From contig JAIVFI010000020.1 of assembly GCA_025558095.1 (NCBI GenBank), positions 558,001-622,000 of the forward strand: DNA of 64,000 nucleotides, in the 5' to 3' direction. This document shows, piece by piece, positions 10,728 to 25,347 of the stretch (the stretch's first letter is position 1; each line of letters begins with the position of its first letter). A model generated the notes under the pieces. It was not told where the DNA came from. It did no database searches and saw nothing but the letters and a program-made list of their open reading frames with translations. The DNA is from Hyaloraphidium curvatum SAG 235-1. Lineage: Eukaryota > Fungi > Monoblepharomycota. A program made the translations under genes and the position numbers.

Positions 10728-12300
10728 ATGGGCCCCCGCAGGCGTCGCCAGAAGGCCACTGCCGCCGTCGCTGAGCTCGATGGCGGCGCTATCCCCACGG
10801 CCCCGTCAGGGGAGCAGCAGGAGGATGTCCCTGCCGCCGGTTTCGCCGCGCAGGAGGTTCCCCTCGCCGCGGCGCCGCGCCTCCCCGCCGATGTGCTCCT
10901 CGAGATCGCGAGCCCCCTGAAACCCACGTCGCGCACTCTCTGCCGGTTCGCCCTTGCTTCACGTGAGACCGACATGGTCCTGGTACCCCTCGTTCTCTCG
11001 ACGGTCGTGCTCGAGCGCGTCTTGACCTGGACGCGCTTCCCGGCGGTGGATCCGGAAGAGACTTTGCGCCGCCTTCGGAACTTTCTGGGGGATGCCCTCG
11101 ATCTGGGCAGGTTCGACCTCGTGAAGCGTATTGACTGCGGGAGCGTGCTGGGCGCCTAGGACCTCGCGGGCGACCCCGCTTTCCGCGGGGCGGTCCAGGA
11201 GCTCTTCGCCAAGTGCAGGTACGCGGCTGCCGTCTCCACTGCTAGCTTGCCGGCATTTGTTGTTCCGATCTTGGCTTCGCTGCCGGCCCTTGAGGAGGTT
11301 AAGGAGTCACGGGGTGCGGATCCGGATGCATTGGCGGAGATCCGCAAGCACTCCTGGCCGCTGCGCCGCCTGTCCACCTACGACGCTGAGACCGCCATCG
11401 CGTTCACCGCCGTGCAGCCGAGCCCCGATGCGGTCATGGATCTCGGCTACTCCTTTCCGGCCGTGCCGCGCTTCCGACAGCCGGGCGACGTCGTCGGGCC
11501 GAGCATCAAGCAGGTTCTGGCCATCCCTTGCCTCCGCTCCCTGAGGCTCTCTTTCGGATCGTTGGAGGAGCGGGAGCGGCTTCCGAAGCTGGATCACGAT
11601 CTGCCGAACCTTTCAAGACTCGAAGCTGACGGCCACCGGGACTTCGACCCCCGGGTGATCAACGAAAACGTGTCGCGCGCTCCCAATCTGGAAGGCATCG
11701 TCATTTTCCTCCAATGGTGCTATCCTCCCGAACGCATCATGGAGCTGTCGGAAGCTGCAGTGAGCAAGATTGATGCCCTGCACGATGCGGACCTGCTCCT
11801 TCACGTCGAAATCCTTCTCCGCCGCCCCGAATTCAACCCGCGCGTGATCGGAAACGACATGTACGAGGTCATGCGCAAGATGGACCCGGAGGAGGAGTAC
11901 AAGGACACCGTGGAGAAGTGCCTGCGCCGGGCTGCCGCGATCTGGCCTGAATTGTGCCGGCGCGATGGGCTCGAGGAGGCTTCGTTCCACCACTTCCCGA
12001 CCCGGGCGCTGCTCGGCGGCGTGCCGCCAAACCTCAAGCAGCCGGAAATTTCAGGGCCTGGCCGTGCCTGACGCACGACGAGCTCCCCCGCGTCCAGGGC
12101 ATCCTCGCCGGCTAAAGCGCAAAGCACCGAATCGGCTGGTTCGAGATCCGGGACAGGCCCCCGCCGGACGTCGCGCCGCGAATCAGGAGCCGGGCCATGC
12201 GCGAGGAGATCGACTTTTGGAGGGCGGGGACCGCGAACGAGGGGAACCAGGACTACGCGATCGCGCTCGGGGATAAGTTCTTTCCTCCGATCAACTCTGA
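10728..12300 (+). pseudogene. F-box/LRR-like protein pseudogene, paralog of 37538-39046
   Basis: LPADVLLEIASPL F-box-like motif; aligns along its length with the 37.5-39 kb gene but has an in-frame TAG at 11157-11159 and a frameshift near 12.04 kb followed by a further stop. Confidence 0.8.
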
Positions 12301-12355
12301 CAAGGACGACGACTGAGGGTGCTGGGTCGAACACTTCTTTCTCCATCTCGATGTA

Positions 12356-14802
<2,447 letters not shown>

Positions 14803-14870
14803 TGTGCTATCTGGTGCAACGTATGCTGAAGTACATGGGAATGGGTGTGAAGAGCACGCAGCCCGTTTGT

Positions 14871-15869
14871 TCACCCCGCCAGCAGCCCCCCGGCGGCGCA
14901 CGAGCACGCCACCCTGGCGCACTTGCAGCTCCACGCCCCGCCCCCGCAGTTGGGCTTGGCCCAGTTCTGGTCCAGCACGTTGTCCGCCCCGTACGCCGCG
15001 ATCCCGTGCGTGAACAGGCCGAGGCACACCCCCAGGCACAGCCGCGACCACCACGCGGGGGCGATGCACGCGGTGGCGAGGAGGAAGGCGAGCTGGTAGT
15101 GGTGGAAGTGGATCGTGGCCTGGGGCGAGCCGCGGACCGAGTTCTGGGCGGCGGCGACCGAGACGGTGCTCAGGAAGAAGACGGCGCCGAGGATGAGGGG
15201 GCGGCCGACGACGGAGAACATGCGCCCGTGGCGCCAGGCGTAGGATACGTGCAAGTAGCCCCCGACGAGGGTGCCGGCGATCGCCAGGCCGACGGCGGCC
15301 CACATGGCGGCGCCCCAGCGGTGCACGTCGGCCAGCGAGTGCCGGAACATGCCGAGCTCGCTGGCGAAGCCCCAGGCGAGGCTGGTGACGAGCGTCGCGG
15401 CGACGGTTGTGAGGCTTGTCCGGGCCTTCCTGCCCCGCACGCAGAAGAGGAAGGAGCACCACATGAGGCAGCCGACAAAGTCGTGTGCCCAGTCGGCGGG
15501 CGTCTTTTTCCGCCTGTCCGTCCAGCCGAGGGCGTCGCCGGTCGCGGTGTAGGCGGCGAACGGCAGCGCGGACGTGGAGAGCACGAAGGCCCAGAACTCG
15601 AAGCCCTCTGCCGCGCGCACCGCGTCCCGCGCCCGCCGCGCCCGCGCGCCCCACAGCGCCCATTTGCTCGGCTGCCCGCCGTCGCCGTCGGGCGGCAGCA
15701 TCACGCGGCCGCCGCCGACGAGCGCGGAAAGCCGGTCGGCCCACCCGCCCGGCCCGCCCGGCCCGCCCACCGCCGCACGCGCATCGCGCGGCAGCAGGAA
15801 CACCTCCTCGCCGTCGTCCGAGGCGTACCCCGAGTCGGTGCGCTGCGGGGGCCCGGAGTCCATGTCCAT
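14871..15869 (-). CDS. multi-pass membrane protein with HxHH motif, unknown function
   Basis: About six hydrophobic helices; IHFHHYQLAFLLA...GVCLGLFTHGIAAYGAD; Cys-rich tail. Confidence 0.7.
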   Translation of the reverse strand: MDMDSGPPQRTDSGYASDDGEEVFLLPRDARAAVGGPGGPGGWADRLSALVGGGRVMLPPDGDGGQPSKWALWGARARRARDAVRAAEGFEFWAFVLSTSALPFAAYTATGDALGWTDRRKKTPADWAHDFVGCLMWCSFLFCVRGRKARTSLTTVAATLVTSLAWGFASELGMFRHSLADVHRWGAAMWAAVGLAIAGTLVGGYLHVSYAWRHGRMFSVVGRPLILGAVFFLSTVSVAAAQNSVRGSPQATIHFHHYQLAFLLATACIAPAWWSRLCLGVCLGLFTHGIAAYGADNVLDQNWAKPNCGGGAWSCKCARVACSCAAGGLLAG

Positions 15870-16323
15870 GGCGCGGAGTTGGAGTTGGGTGTCACGGGAT
15901 CCCCCACGCCGCCGCAGCAGTTGGGCAAACGGACAAACGGACCCCGCGCAACACCCCCGCAGCACGCCTCGGTTTCATAGACCGTCCATTGCCGCCGGAA
16001 TATTACAGACCATTATCCGATCCAGGCAATCCGGCGGGGGGCAGGTCCCATCTATGCGGCAGGCAGGCGGCAGTGCGGATATAGCGGGGATGTGCAACCG
16101 TCTGTGCGAAGGCGTGGAGACAGAAGTCCGTGCATGTCCATGTGTGGGAGGGAATGAGATGAATTGGGGAGGGAGAGGGTGGGAGGTGGTGGGAGGTGGT
16201 GGGAGGGTGAGAAGGGGGCAAGGAGGGCGGTGCGGGGGAAAAGGGAGCAGGCGATGAAGATGCAGCCGCTCGACCTCTCCCTGCGCTGTCCCGCATGCGG
16301 CGCGGCACGGGAGCCGACGCCAG

Positions 16324-17321
16324 CTAGGACGCCGAGCACGTGACCCCCATCAGCTTGGTCACGCACCCCGGCCCCATGGCCAGCCACCGCACCGCCGCGG
16401 CGGTCGCGCACAGCTCTGTCCGGTCCTTCTCCGACACCTTGGCCGGGTCCACGACGTGGAACTCGTCCACGAGGCAGAGCGTGCCGTCCTGCGCCATCTT
16501 GCGCAGCAGCGGCACGGGGGAGCGCAGCCGCGAGCGCACGACGACCTTGTCCGACTTGACCAGCGACAGCCTCGCCCAGTCCGAAAAATCGAGCGTGGGC
16601 AGCTGCAGGTCCGGCGGCGTCGCGGCCTTCTTGTTGGTCCACGGATCGTCGTAGTAGTTGTCCTCTGCCCTCCTCTCCCTCCACACCACGTCGTTGAGCA
16701 CCCGCCCGTCCTCGGTCCACGCGCACGAGCCGTACAGCGTGAACTGCCGCCGCGACGCCTTGCGCCGGATGATATCCGAGACCTTGGGCTGGCACGCAAA
16801 CACGTAGCGCACCCAGTCCACGTACTCGTTCTCGCCGAGGTCCATGAGCTCCCCGACCGTCTCGGCGCCGAGCTCCACAAACACCTTCTGCGGACGGGGG
16901 GCGGTGTCAGCAATTTCCCCGATGCTGCAGCGCCCCGAGACGTCGTCCCACCAGCTCCTCCCCCTCCCCCTCTTCCGGCCTGCGCGGGCAACCCCGGTCC
17001 GTCAGCTCCGAGTCCCTGAGCGGCCGCCGCGCCTCCAGCGCCGCGTTGCCGCAGGGCGCCAGCAGCGGACTCAGCGGAGCCGGCACCCCGGCGGCCGACG
17101 GCATCTGCGAGGGCGTGATGGGGCCTGTTTTATTGGGGCGGGGGCGGCGAGGGTCCCAAGGGGGGGGCGTTGGCGGTTCCCGGGGCGGAGGGGCGGGTCA
17201 GCGGCGCCTCCGCGGCCACGGCAGCGCTCCCACCCGTCGGCCGTGCCGCCGACAGCCACGTCAGCGCGGCCAGCAGCCCGGCGATGGTGCCGAGCAGCAC
17301 GTTCGTCGTGCGGAACTTCAT
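16324..17321 (-). CDS. type II membrane protein with a degenerate FkbM-like methyltransferase domain; two introns, exon boundaries approximate
   Basis: N-terminal anchor MKFRTTNVLLGTIAGLLAALTW; KVFVELGA; CAWTEDG; LDFSDWARLSLVKSDKVVVR...LLRKMAQDGTLCLVDEFHV matches the FkbM C-terminal pattern. Confidence 0.6.
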
Positions 17322-18127
17322 CGCTCCTCGGCGGCTACGCGGGCGGCGGGGCGGCGCGCGCCATGCGGTCGCTGCTGCGCGGGGCCCGGCGGTCCGCTCC
17401 GGCGCGGGTCAGGCGGGCCCGCTTCCTCCTCCGCGGTGGGCGCGTGTGGGCGCGCAGCGCTTCAGGGTGCAGCTGCGGCGGGGAACTCCCGCCCCGCGCA
17501 CACCACACCTTCCTCCCGGCCGACGGGGTGATTAGGGCCGGGATACGCGTCGCCAGCTCCGCATCGCCCGTTTGCGGGGCGGATTTCCCCCGGAAAGCTG
17601 GCACCGGCGTGTCAATGAGGGTGGGGGATCTCTGGCGTGCGACGGGAAAAAAAGAGCCCGTTTGGGGATTTATTGGGCCTTTGATCGACCCCTGGCCGTC
17701 TGCGCAATACTGCCTCGGCAGGTCGGAAACGCGCTCCGAATGAACGATGGAACGATGCTGCTCACGCTCCGGGGTCGGCGAGCCGGTACGGCCGCGGACG
17801 TGGGTGTGAGCACAGCGCGGTGCGGGCCAGTGTGTACAGCCAAAGAAGCCCGCCGGCGCAGCTCGGACCAACGGCAGCCTACCCGACCAACCCGACCGAC
17901 AATCAAGCTGCAGAGAACCTGGGTTCGCCATGCTTGGCCTCCGCCCGCCCCACCGCCGCACCGCGACCCGCACTGCCGGAGCGCCGCCCGATCACCGGCG
18001 ACCAATCACTTCTAGTACCGACCCGTACACCCACCGCCGCCTCGCGACCGCCAGACAGAGCACCGCATCCCCTTCCCATTCCCATTACCTCCCCGCCCAC
18101 GGCCGAGCATGTCCCCCCGTTCCGGTC

Positions 18128-20327
18128 CTATGCCCCCCCGCCGCTCGGAACCGGATCCTCCGCGTCCCGCAGCCACGGGTGCTGCAGTATCTGGTCCGCC
18201 GTCGGCCGCGTGCGCCACTCCTTGGCCAGCAGCGCCTCGACGAGGTGCTCGGCCTCGGGGGAGACGGCGGCGCCGGGCTGCTTCTTGGGGGCGCCGAGGA
18301 TGGCGTGCTCCGAGCCCGAGAAGGGGTTCTCGCCAAAGAGGATCTGCGCGGGGTGTGTGGAGGGTGAGGAAGTGGAGCGGGAGGGAGAGGCGGGGCGGCA
18401 TACCGTGTAGAGTAGCACGCCCAGCGCCCACACGTCGGCCGGCCGTCCCCTGTACTTTTCCCCCTTCAGGATCTGCCGAACGATTCCCAATCGGCGTCAG
18501 ACCAAGCCACGCCGCCCGTAGTCCGGCAACGCACCTCGGGCGCCGCGAACTGCACCGTCCCCATGAACCTGTCCCACAGGAAGTTCGGGTTCCCCCTCGG
18601 CTCCACCGCCGCGGACCCAAAGTCGATCAGCTTGACGTGGTACGCGTCGTCGATCACGATGTTCTCGTCCTGTGCGGCCCGAAATCAGCGTTCCGGCCGG
18701 CGTACCTTGTGGCCCGGGGTACGGCCCACCTTCAGGTCGCGGTGCACCACCCCCTTGTTGTGCAGGTACGCCACCGCCTCTGCCACCTGCTTGAACACCT
18801 TCTTGGCCTCCTTCTCCGGCAGCCGGTTGTGCTGCTCGATGCACTCGAACAGGTCCATCGATTTCGTGCGGCGCAGCGCGGGGACCTCCCCGGCCGCCTG
18901 CGCGGCGCCCAGCGCGCTGGCCTTGTCCTTGAGGCTCAGCGCGGAGAGCTCGGCAGCGGGCGCGGCGGGTTGCTTGTGGATGGGGTTGTCCGGCTTGGTC
19001 CACTGTGGGATCACGTGTGCCACTTGCGTCAGCACAATTTGTGCTGCCACCGCCCGACGTGCAACCCACCTGCGTGCCGTGCAGCTCCTCCACCAGGATG
19101 CAGAACCGCTCGTCCTCGATGTAGTCCAGGAACCGCACGATGTTCCTGTGCCGCACGTTCTTGAGGATGTAGACCTCCATCGGCACCACGCCCAGGTCGG
19201 GGTCGCGGGCCCAGCCCTGCGCGGGGATGCGGTTCTGGCGCCGCGCAAGCGGGGAACGTCAGCGCAACGGACCACCGCGCGCCACGCCCGGCTCGGCCCA
19301 CCCTGAAGATGAACTTGATCGCCACGTCCTCCTTGGGGTTCCGCCGCTCGCCCGCCACCACGAACCCGAACCCGCCCACGCCCAGCTCCTCGCCGATCAC
19401 GTACTGCTGCTGCATCTTGGGATGCAGCGGGTACCGCGTCAGGTAGCGCTGGGAGGTGGTCAGCAGCGCCTGGTTCTGCGGGCGCATGCGCGGCAGCGTC
19501 TGCGGGCGCAGGTCGTCCTTGGCGTCGCGGCCCAGCGAGGTGGCGGCGCCGCGGGCGGCGATGGGGCCCGTGGGGAGGCCGGAGGCGAGGGAGGTGCCGA
19601 GGGAGGAGGTGCCGGGCTTGGCGGAGAAGTAGGAGGGGAGGTTGACGTCGGTCGGGGTGAGGGCGAGGGCGGCGGGGGTCTGTGGGTTCTGCGGGGGTTG
19701 GAAGGGGGCCATGGAGGGGGAGGCGTCGGGTGCGGCGCCGTTGGGCGCGCGCAGGGAGGCCGACATGGCCGGGGGGGCGCGGGGGGTGGTGGCCGACTGC
19801 ACGTTGAACTGCGTGAAGTTGCGAGGCACGGTGAGTGCGGCGGCCGCCTGGAAGGCCGAGGCGCTCATTGCCGGGGAAGTGATGTTTTCGCGCGTCGGCA
19901 GCCGGTTGAGGGAGGGCCGGCCGACCGAGGGCGGCGAAGAAAGTCTGGGGGACGTCGAGCCCGCGAGGTGTGGCGAACCGAGCGCGCCCAGCGAGCGGCG
20001 GAAGACGTCCGGGGAGCTGCCGCTGGCCGAGGCGTACGCAGAGAGCGCGGGGGCGACGGGGGCGATGGGGGGAGAGAGCGGCTGGATGGGGGCGGGCGCC
20101 GGCTGGGGCGCCGGGGGAGGCTGCTCGGTCGTGGGCGAGGCGGGCCCGTCGGCCTGGTACGCGGCGGCCTGCGCTGCCAGTTGCGCCCAGTCGTAGCCCT
20201 CATCGCCCCCGGCCTCGGCAAAGGAGCCCTCCGTCGGCGACACCACGAGGCTGATCTGCGCCATGCCGGTGCGGGCTGCCAGGTCCGTTACCACGCGCGG
20301 GCCGCCGCCGACCGGCTCGCCGGCCAT
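18128..20327 (-). CDS. PAS-kinase (PASK/PSK)-like Ser/Thr protein kinase, multi-exon
   Basis: LGVGGFGFV, VAIKFI, VPMEVYIL, MDLFECIE, VHRDLK|DEN, KLIDFGSA, GTVQFAAPE|ILKGEKYRGRPADVWALGVLLYT|ILFGENPF. Confidence 0.9.
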
Positions 20328-21003
20328 CCGCGACGGCGCCAGAATGCGGTGCGGTTCCTAGTAAAATGCGATGGGCGTCTGTGGAGCGTCGGTGCCGCCG
20401 GGGCGTCGCACGGGAGACGAGTCGGCCGGCGAGTCCGCCGGCCGCCCGCCGCGAATCCCCTCCCGCGGCCGCCTCGGCGTCTCAGCGACGTCGGCCGAGC
20501 GCGCAGCAGCGGTGCCGCGGCCCGGCGACCGTGCGGAAGCGGTGCCCGCGCGCCCCGCGGCCGCCGCGCCGATCCCCCTCGCGCGCGCGCGCCGCCGCCG
20601 GCCCGCCTCCGTTCGCGGGCCGCGCGGAAAGGCCCGCGGTGCGCCGCAGCGCCGCCGGCCGGTGGGCGGCGGATGGCCCGGCGATGGGCGGGTCCGGTGT
20701 GGGAGGTGGCCGCAGGCGAGACGCCGAAAGGCGGGCGGGTCATCCAGCACCATCCGGCCCGGCACGCCCGTCCCCAGGCGTCCGGTCCTAATGAATCGGG
20801 AAGGGCTAAGAAACAATATCAACTAATCGTTTTATGAAGGCCCCGAGCCGTCCGGTGGACCGCAACTTGAGATCGGGTATCCACGCCACCACCGCCTCCG
20901 CAAAGTGAGCTCTACTACAAGACGGGCTCGGTCCCGCGTCTATTCCGAAGCGCTCTAATTTATCCGAAGATGCCGGCGCCGCCACACCCCCGCGATCGAT
21001 CGC

Positions 21004-22386
21004 TCAGAGCTTGGCGGGCGCCTGCCAGCCCAGCTCCATCAGTTTGCCGAACGCCGCGGCAAAGTCGGCGAAGAAGGCCTGCTTGTCCGTGGCGTACTTG
21101 TCCACCCACGGCTTGAACTTGGCGTCCTGGATGAGGGCGAGGTCGGTGGGCAGCATCATGAGGGACTGCGGGGACGGGCGGGATGAGAAGCCGCGCGGAG
21201 GCCGATCCGGGGTGTGGCCCACCCCCGAGGGATCCTCGTACTGCTCCGGCCCGCTCCAGTTCTTCTTGGTCCACACGTTCTCCTTGAGCTGGATGAAGTA
21301 CTGGTTCGAGAACTTGGTGGGCGTGAACGTCCAGGCTGAATATAAACCACGAGTCAGCCCTCCTTCGGCCTAGCACCACCAACTCGTCGGAGACACCCAC
21401 GCCCGTCGTACCCAGACCGGTCCGTGTGGCACCTCCCCAGCGTGTGCGCCCCCGACAGCGCGACGATCTCCTTGTCGTCGAAGCCCATGCGGTAGAACAC
21501 GTCGCGGATGTGCGAGGCGCCCTGCGCGGCGTCGGGCAGCCGGCCGTTGGGCGGGATCTCGGACTTGCTGACGGTGGGGGGCTTGTCGGTGCGGCCGCCG
21601 CGCCACGGGACCACGGGGCCGCCCATGGCCTCGACGGCGGTGGCGCCCGCGAGCTGTTCCCATCCGCGGGCGATCAGCGATCGTTCCGGCCGGCGAGCGG
21701 AGCGGGTGTGCCCACGGTCCACAGATCCGCGTACGAGATCCACGGGTACTTGGCCTTGACGGGCTCCAGGAACGCGCGGGCGTGCTCCAGCCCGGCGTTG
21801 GCCCCGTCGGTCGACTCGGGCGCGTAGCGCATGGTGGCGCCGTTGGAGCCTCCGGTGTGGGACTTCTTGTCGTAGGTCTGCAAAGGGGCGGGTCAGGACC
21901 GTCGTAGGAGGGAAAGAGAGGGGGAACGTACGCCCGAGGCGTGCCAGGCGAGGCGGACGAGGACTGTCGGGAGGGAAGGTCAGATCCGAGGTAGATCCAG
22001 AGGAAAGCATCGCAGCCCGGCGCCCGCCGGATACCGGCACATCGGTCCGAGGGAGAAAGCGTCGTCCGCAGCCGGAACCCGGCGCCGGCACGGCCTCCGC
22101 GTGCGGCGGGAGCACTCCCGCCCCGCCGGCCGTCCCGCCGCTTGCCACCGCCCGCCCGGCACCGGCGCGACCTCGACCGCCCTCCTCCCATATTCCCCGA
22201 AACCTCCGCTCGACTTTCCAACAGAGGGTGCCTCCGTGGGCCCCGTTCCAAGCCCGTCCGCCCCCACGGCCCAATCGCGGCGAACGGCGACTCACCGGGC
22301 CCAAGGTTCCCGTCGTCCCAATCCGGCTTGCTCATCAGCGCCTTGATATCGCCCTTGACGGCGTCGTAGTCCCCGGCTTTGCTCAT
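21004..22386 (-). CDS. class I heme peroxidase, cytochrome c peroxidase CCP2-type, peroxisomal (PTS1 AKL), multi-exon
   Basis: DDGNLGP|[11 protein letters not shown]|[50 protein letters not shown]; ends APAKL; no mitochondrial presequence. Confidence 0.92.
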
Positions 22387-22672
22387 GGCTGGGCGGGCGG
22401 CGGCGGGTGCGGTCGGAGCGAGTGAAGGTCGAGTCGGATCGGCAATGTCCGGCGCAGCCGCCCGAGGCCACGGCGGCAAACAGAGTAATATCGGCCGGTG
22501 CCCCTGCGTAATCCCGGCCTGGATGGGCGGACACCAAGAGCAGCTCCAGGAACAGCTGGGAAATGCTTGGATCTCCGTGCCCGCGTGCTGATGGATTCCC
22601 GTCCGCAGGACGGACGCGTACGAGGTTTTGCCGATTTGCCTCCCTGAATCTCCGTGTCATCCTCCGTCAGCA

Positions 22673-23476
22673 ATGGCCTCGGATCCGGTTCCCGAGCTCG
22701 GCAGCGGCAGCCTGCACGCGCTGCCATCCGGCCACCCGGTCTTCCTGCTCGATTCGGACCCCTCGGGCGCCAAAGCGCCCGTGCTCCTCCTCCACGGCGG
22801 CATCTTCGACCACGCTTCCCAGTACCCGCTCATCGCCCTCCTCGCCCCGCACTTCCGCGTCCTGGCTCCCGACACGCGCGGGCACGGGCGCTCGCCCGAC
22901 CCCGGCGGCCCGTTCTCCTACGGCGCGTTCGCGGAGGACGCGGCGGGGCTGCTGGACTCGCTCGGGCTGTCGGGCGTGCCCGTCGTGGGTTTCAGCGACG
23001 GCGGCGACACGGCGCTGCTCCTCGCGCTGCGGAGACCGGACCTCGTGGGGAAGCTGGTGCTCGTGGGGACGCCGTACAGCACGGCCAACTACCATCCCGG
23101 GATCCTGGACAGGATGCGGTCCATGACCGCGGCGAGCTTCGCTGCGACGCTCTGGGAGCCCGCCGCGTCCGCCTGGGAAGCGACCAAGGCGCACTATTCC
23201 TCCGAGGCCGCCGTGGACGCCTTCTTCTCCAAGCTCGTCAACGACATGTGGCTCCGCGAGCCCGACATCGGCCTCGCCGAGCTTGCGGCGGTCGACAAGC
23301 CGGCGCTGGTGCTTCACGGCGAAAAGGAGCCGTACTTCCCCGTCAGCGCGAGCAAGGAGCTGGCCGATGCGCTGCGGGGGGAGTGCGTGGTGGTGCCAGG
23401 GGCGGGGCACGCGTGCCACATCGAGAATCTGTCGTTCGCGGGCGAGAGGATCATGCGGTTCTTGATCGACAAGTAA
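22673..23476 (+). CDS. alpha/beta hydrolase, bacterial-like, intronless
   Basis: VLLLHGG, PDTRGHGRS, VVGFSDGG nucleophile elbow, VVPGAGHACH. Confidence 0.9.
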   Translation: MASDPVPELGSGSLHALPSGHPVFLLDSDPSGAKAPVLLLHGGIFDHASQYPLIALLAPHFRVLAPDTRGHGRSPDPGGPFSYGAFAEDAAGLLDSLGLSGVPVVGFSDGGDTALLLALRRPDLVGKLVLVGTPYSTANYHPGILDRMRSMTAASFAATLWEPAASAWEATKAHYSSEAAVDAFFSKLVNDMWLREPDIGLAELAAVDKPALVLHGEKEPYFPVSASKELADALRGECVVVPGAGHACHIENLSFAGERIMRFLIDK

Positions 23477-23613
23477 CGATGGACGGGCACAGGTCCCATT
23501 GGATCGAAAGGAGTGAACGGGCCTGGAATTGCAGGAACAAGCCGATGCGTATCCCAAAGAGTCCAACGCGGTCATCGAGACATGGCACACGGCCGACCGC
23601 GATCGGTCACATC

Positions 23614-25260
23614 CTATCCCTTCCTGTCCGAGATCCTCACCCTCGACCTCTTTGCCGGCCACACAGTCCCGATCCCCGTCCTCCCTCTCACGTAATCGTC
23701 CCCCCCGTCCTCGACGAGCTCAAGGTCGTACGCAGCCAACAGCACCCCAGCCGCGCACCGCATCTCGCCCCTGGCAAAGTTGCGCCCCGGGCACATGCTC
23801 GCACCCCCGCCGAAAGGTGAGGTGCGCGCCGTCGTCTTGGCGGGCCCGGCGGCGATGTGCCGCGAGGGGTCGAACGCGTCGACAGGGCTGGCGTCGTCGG
23901 CGTACAGCCCGGGGTCGCGGTGAACCGCCTCCGGAACGAAGAAGAACAGTCGGGTGCCCCGCGGCAGGTTGTATGGGGTGCCGGGGAGCGCGCATCCGCC
24001 CTCGGTCATCGCCTCGCGGATGACAAACGTGCTCATGGTGTGGCGCAGGGTCTCTGTCAGCGCGGCGTCCAGGACGGGGGTGGGGTGTGAAGGGTCGAAG
24101 GCGCCCGAGGCGCACGCGGCGCGAGCTTCGGCGACGCAGTCGGCGGCCCAGGAGCGGCCGTCGCGGAGGCCGCGAAGCAGGTGGAGTATGAGCCAGTATG
24201 CCGTCGGCCCGGTGTTGACGTGCGACACCCAGTGCAGGATCAGCAGGGACTTGCCGATGGCCTTTCGCCCCGTGTGGGGCAGCCGGATGTGCAGCATCGA
24301 GAGCACGAGGTTGACGACAAACGGGGATGGGAGCTCCGCGGGCGTGTCGTAGTCCGCCGCGGGGATCTCGGGGGCCTTGTCGCGCGAGATGCCGGGGCAG
24401 CCGTCGATGAGGGGGATCCAGTTGTCGGTCCACTGGTCGCCGGGATCGTAGAAGTCCTCGAGAAAGGTGATGGCTTCCTGCTGCTCCTTTGGAAGCATCG
24501 ACCGCGGGACGACCTGCAGGGCAGGGAATGCGGCGTCGAAGAGCATCATCTTCGAGAGGGTGTGTGTCGACAATCCGGAGGCCTTGTCCTCCGCGGCCGT
24601 CGGTCCGACGACCGGGAAGCGCGTGCCGAACATGGCTAGGCTACCGCCGTACCACACTAGGCGGTTCATCAGGTCGAACAGGTCCACCTCGAGCTCCCCG
24701 CCAAGCGGTACCTCGGCTCGGAGCTTCTCGGCAAACGGCGGCACGAACCGCGCCGTCAGCCTACTGAAATCATTGAGCAAGTACTTTTGCATGACCTTGT
24801 GATCCGAAGCCGCCTGCGCCGGATATGTCCAACCCCCGCCGAGGACCGAGGCGGTGTCCATGCCAGTGAGCCGTCCAAACGCCTCGCTCTTGACGGGATC
24901 GAAGCTGAAATTCCTCGCGTCGCGCATCACGGCCGCGTACACGGCGGGATCGAGCACGTAGACCGCGTCTTTGCCCATGACCGTCATCGAGAACACCGGG
25001 CCGTGCCGCTTCTCGAGACGCCGCAGCAGACCCGGGCCGTCGTTTCCCAGCTCCAACGCGTGGCCGGCGTACGGCAGCCAGCCGGCCGCGTGAGGCGGGG
25101 AGCCTGGCGGCCGCGGCGCCCATTTCCGGTTGAAGACGCGCAGGGAGACAAAATACGCGGCGATTAGCACGGCGACGGAATAGGCCGCGGGGTGTCCGAA
25201 TCGAGAGGCGAGGAAGAGCGCCGCGGCGGCGGCCAGCACGGGCACGGGCGTCGAGAGCAT
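23614..25260 (-). CDS. cytochrome P450, CYP7/CYP8-like, intronless
   Basis: N-terminal anchor; GWLPYAGHAL; I-helix WVSHVNTGPT; ETLR; FDPSR; heme motif PFGGGASMCPGRNFA. Confidence 0.93.
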   Translation of the reverse strand: MLSTPVPVLAAAAALFLASRFGHPAAYSVAVLIAAYFVSLRVFNRKWAPRPPGSPPHAAGWLPYAGHALELGNDGPGLLRRLEKRHGPVFSMTVMGKDAVYVLDPAVYAAVMRDARNFSFDPVKSEAFGRLTGMDTASVLGGGWTYPAQAASDHKVMQKYLLNDFSRLTARFVPPFAEKLRAEVPLGGELEVDLFDLMNRLVWYGGSLAMFGTRFPVVGPTAAEDKASGLSTHTLSKMMLFDAAFPALQVVPRSMLPKEQQEAITFLEDFYDPGDQWTDNWIPLIDGCPGISRDKAPEIPAADYDTPAELPSPFVVNLVLSMLHIRLPHTGRKAIGKSLLILHWVSHVNTGPTAYWLILHLLRGLRDGRSWAADCVAEARAACASGAFDPSHPTPVLDAALTETLRHTMSTFVIREAMTEGGCALPGTPYNLPRGTRLFFFVPEAVHRDPGLYADDASPVDAFDPSRHIAAGPAKTTARTSPFGGGASMCPGRNFARGEMRCAAGVLLAAYDLELVEDGGDDYVRGRTGIGTVWPAKRSRVRISDRKG

Positions 25261-25347
25261 CGCGGGCGGGGTCCAGCCCGTTTCCGTCCGAGCGGTGGGA
25301 TGCGTGGCCACCAAGCGGCCGGCATCCATATCCGAATCAAGCTTACA

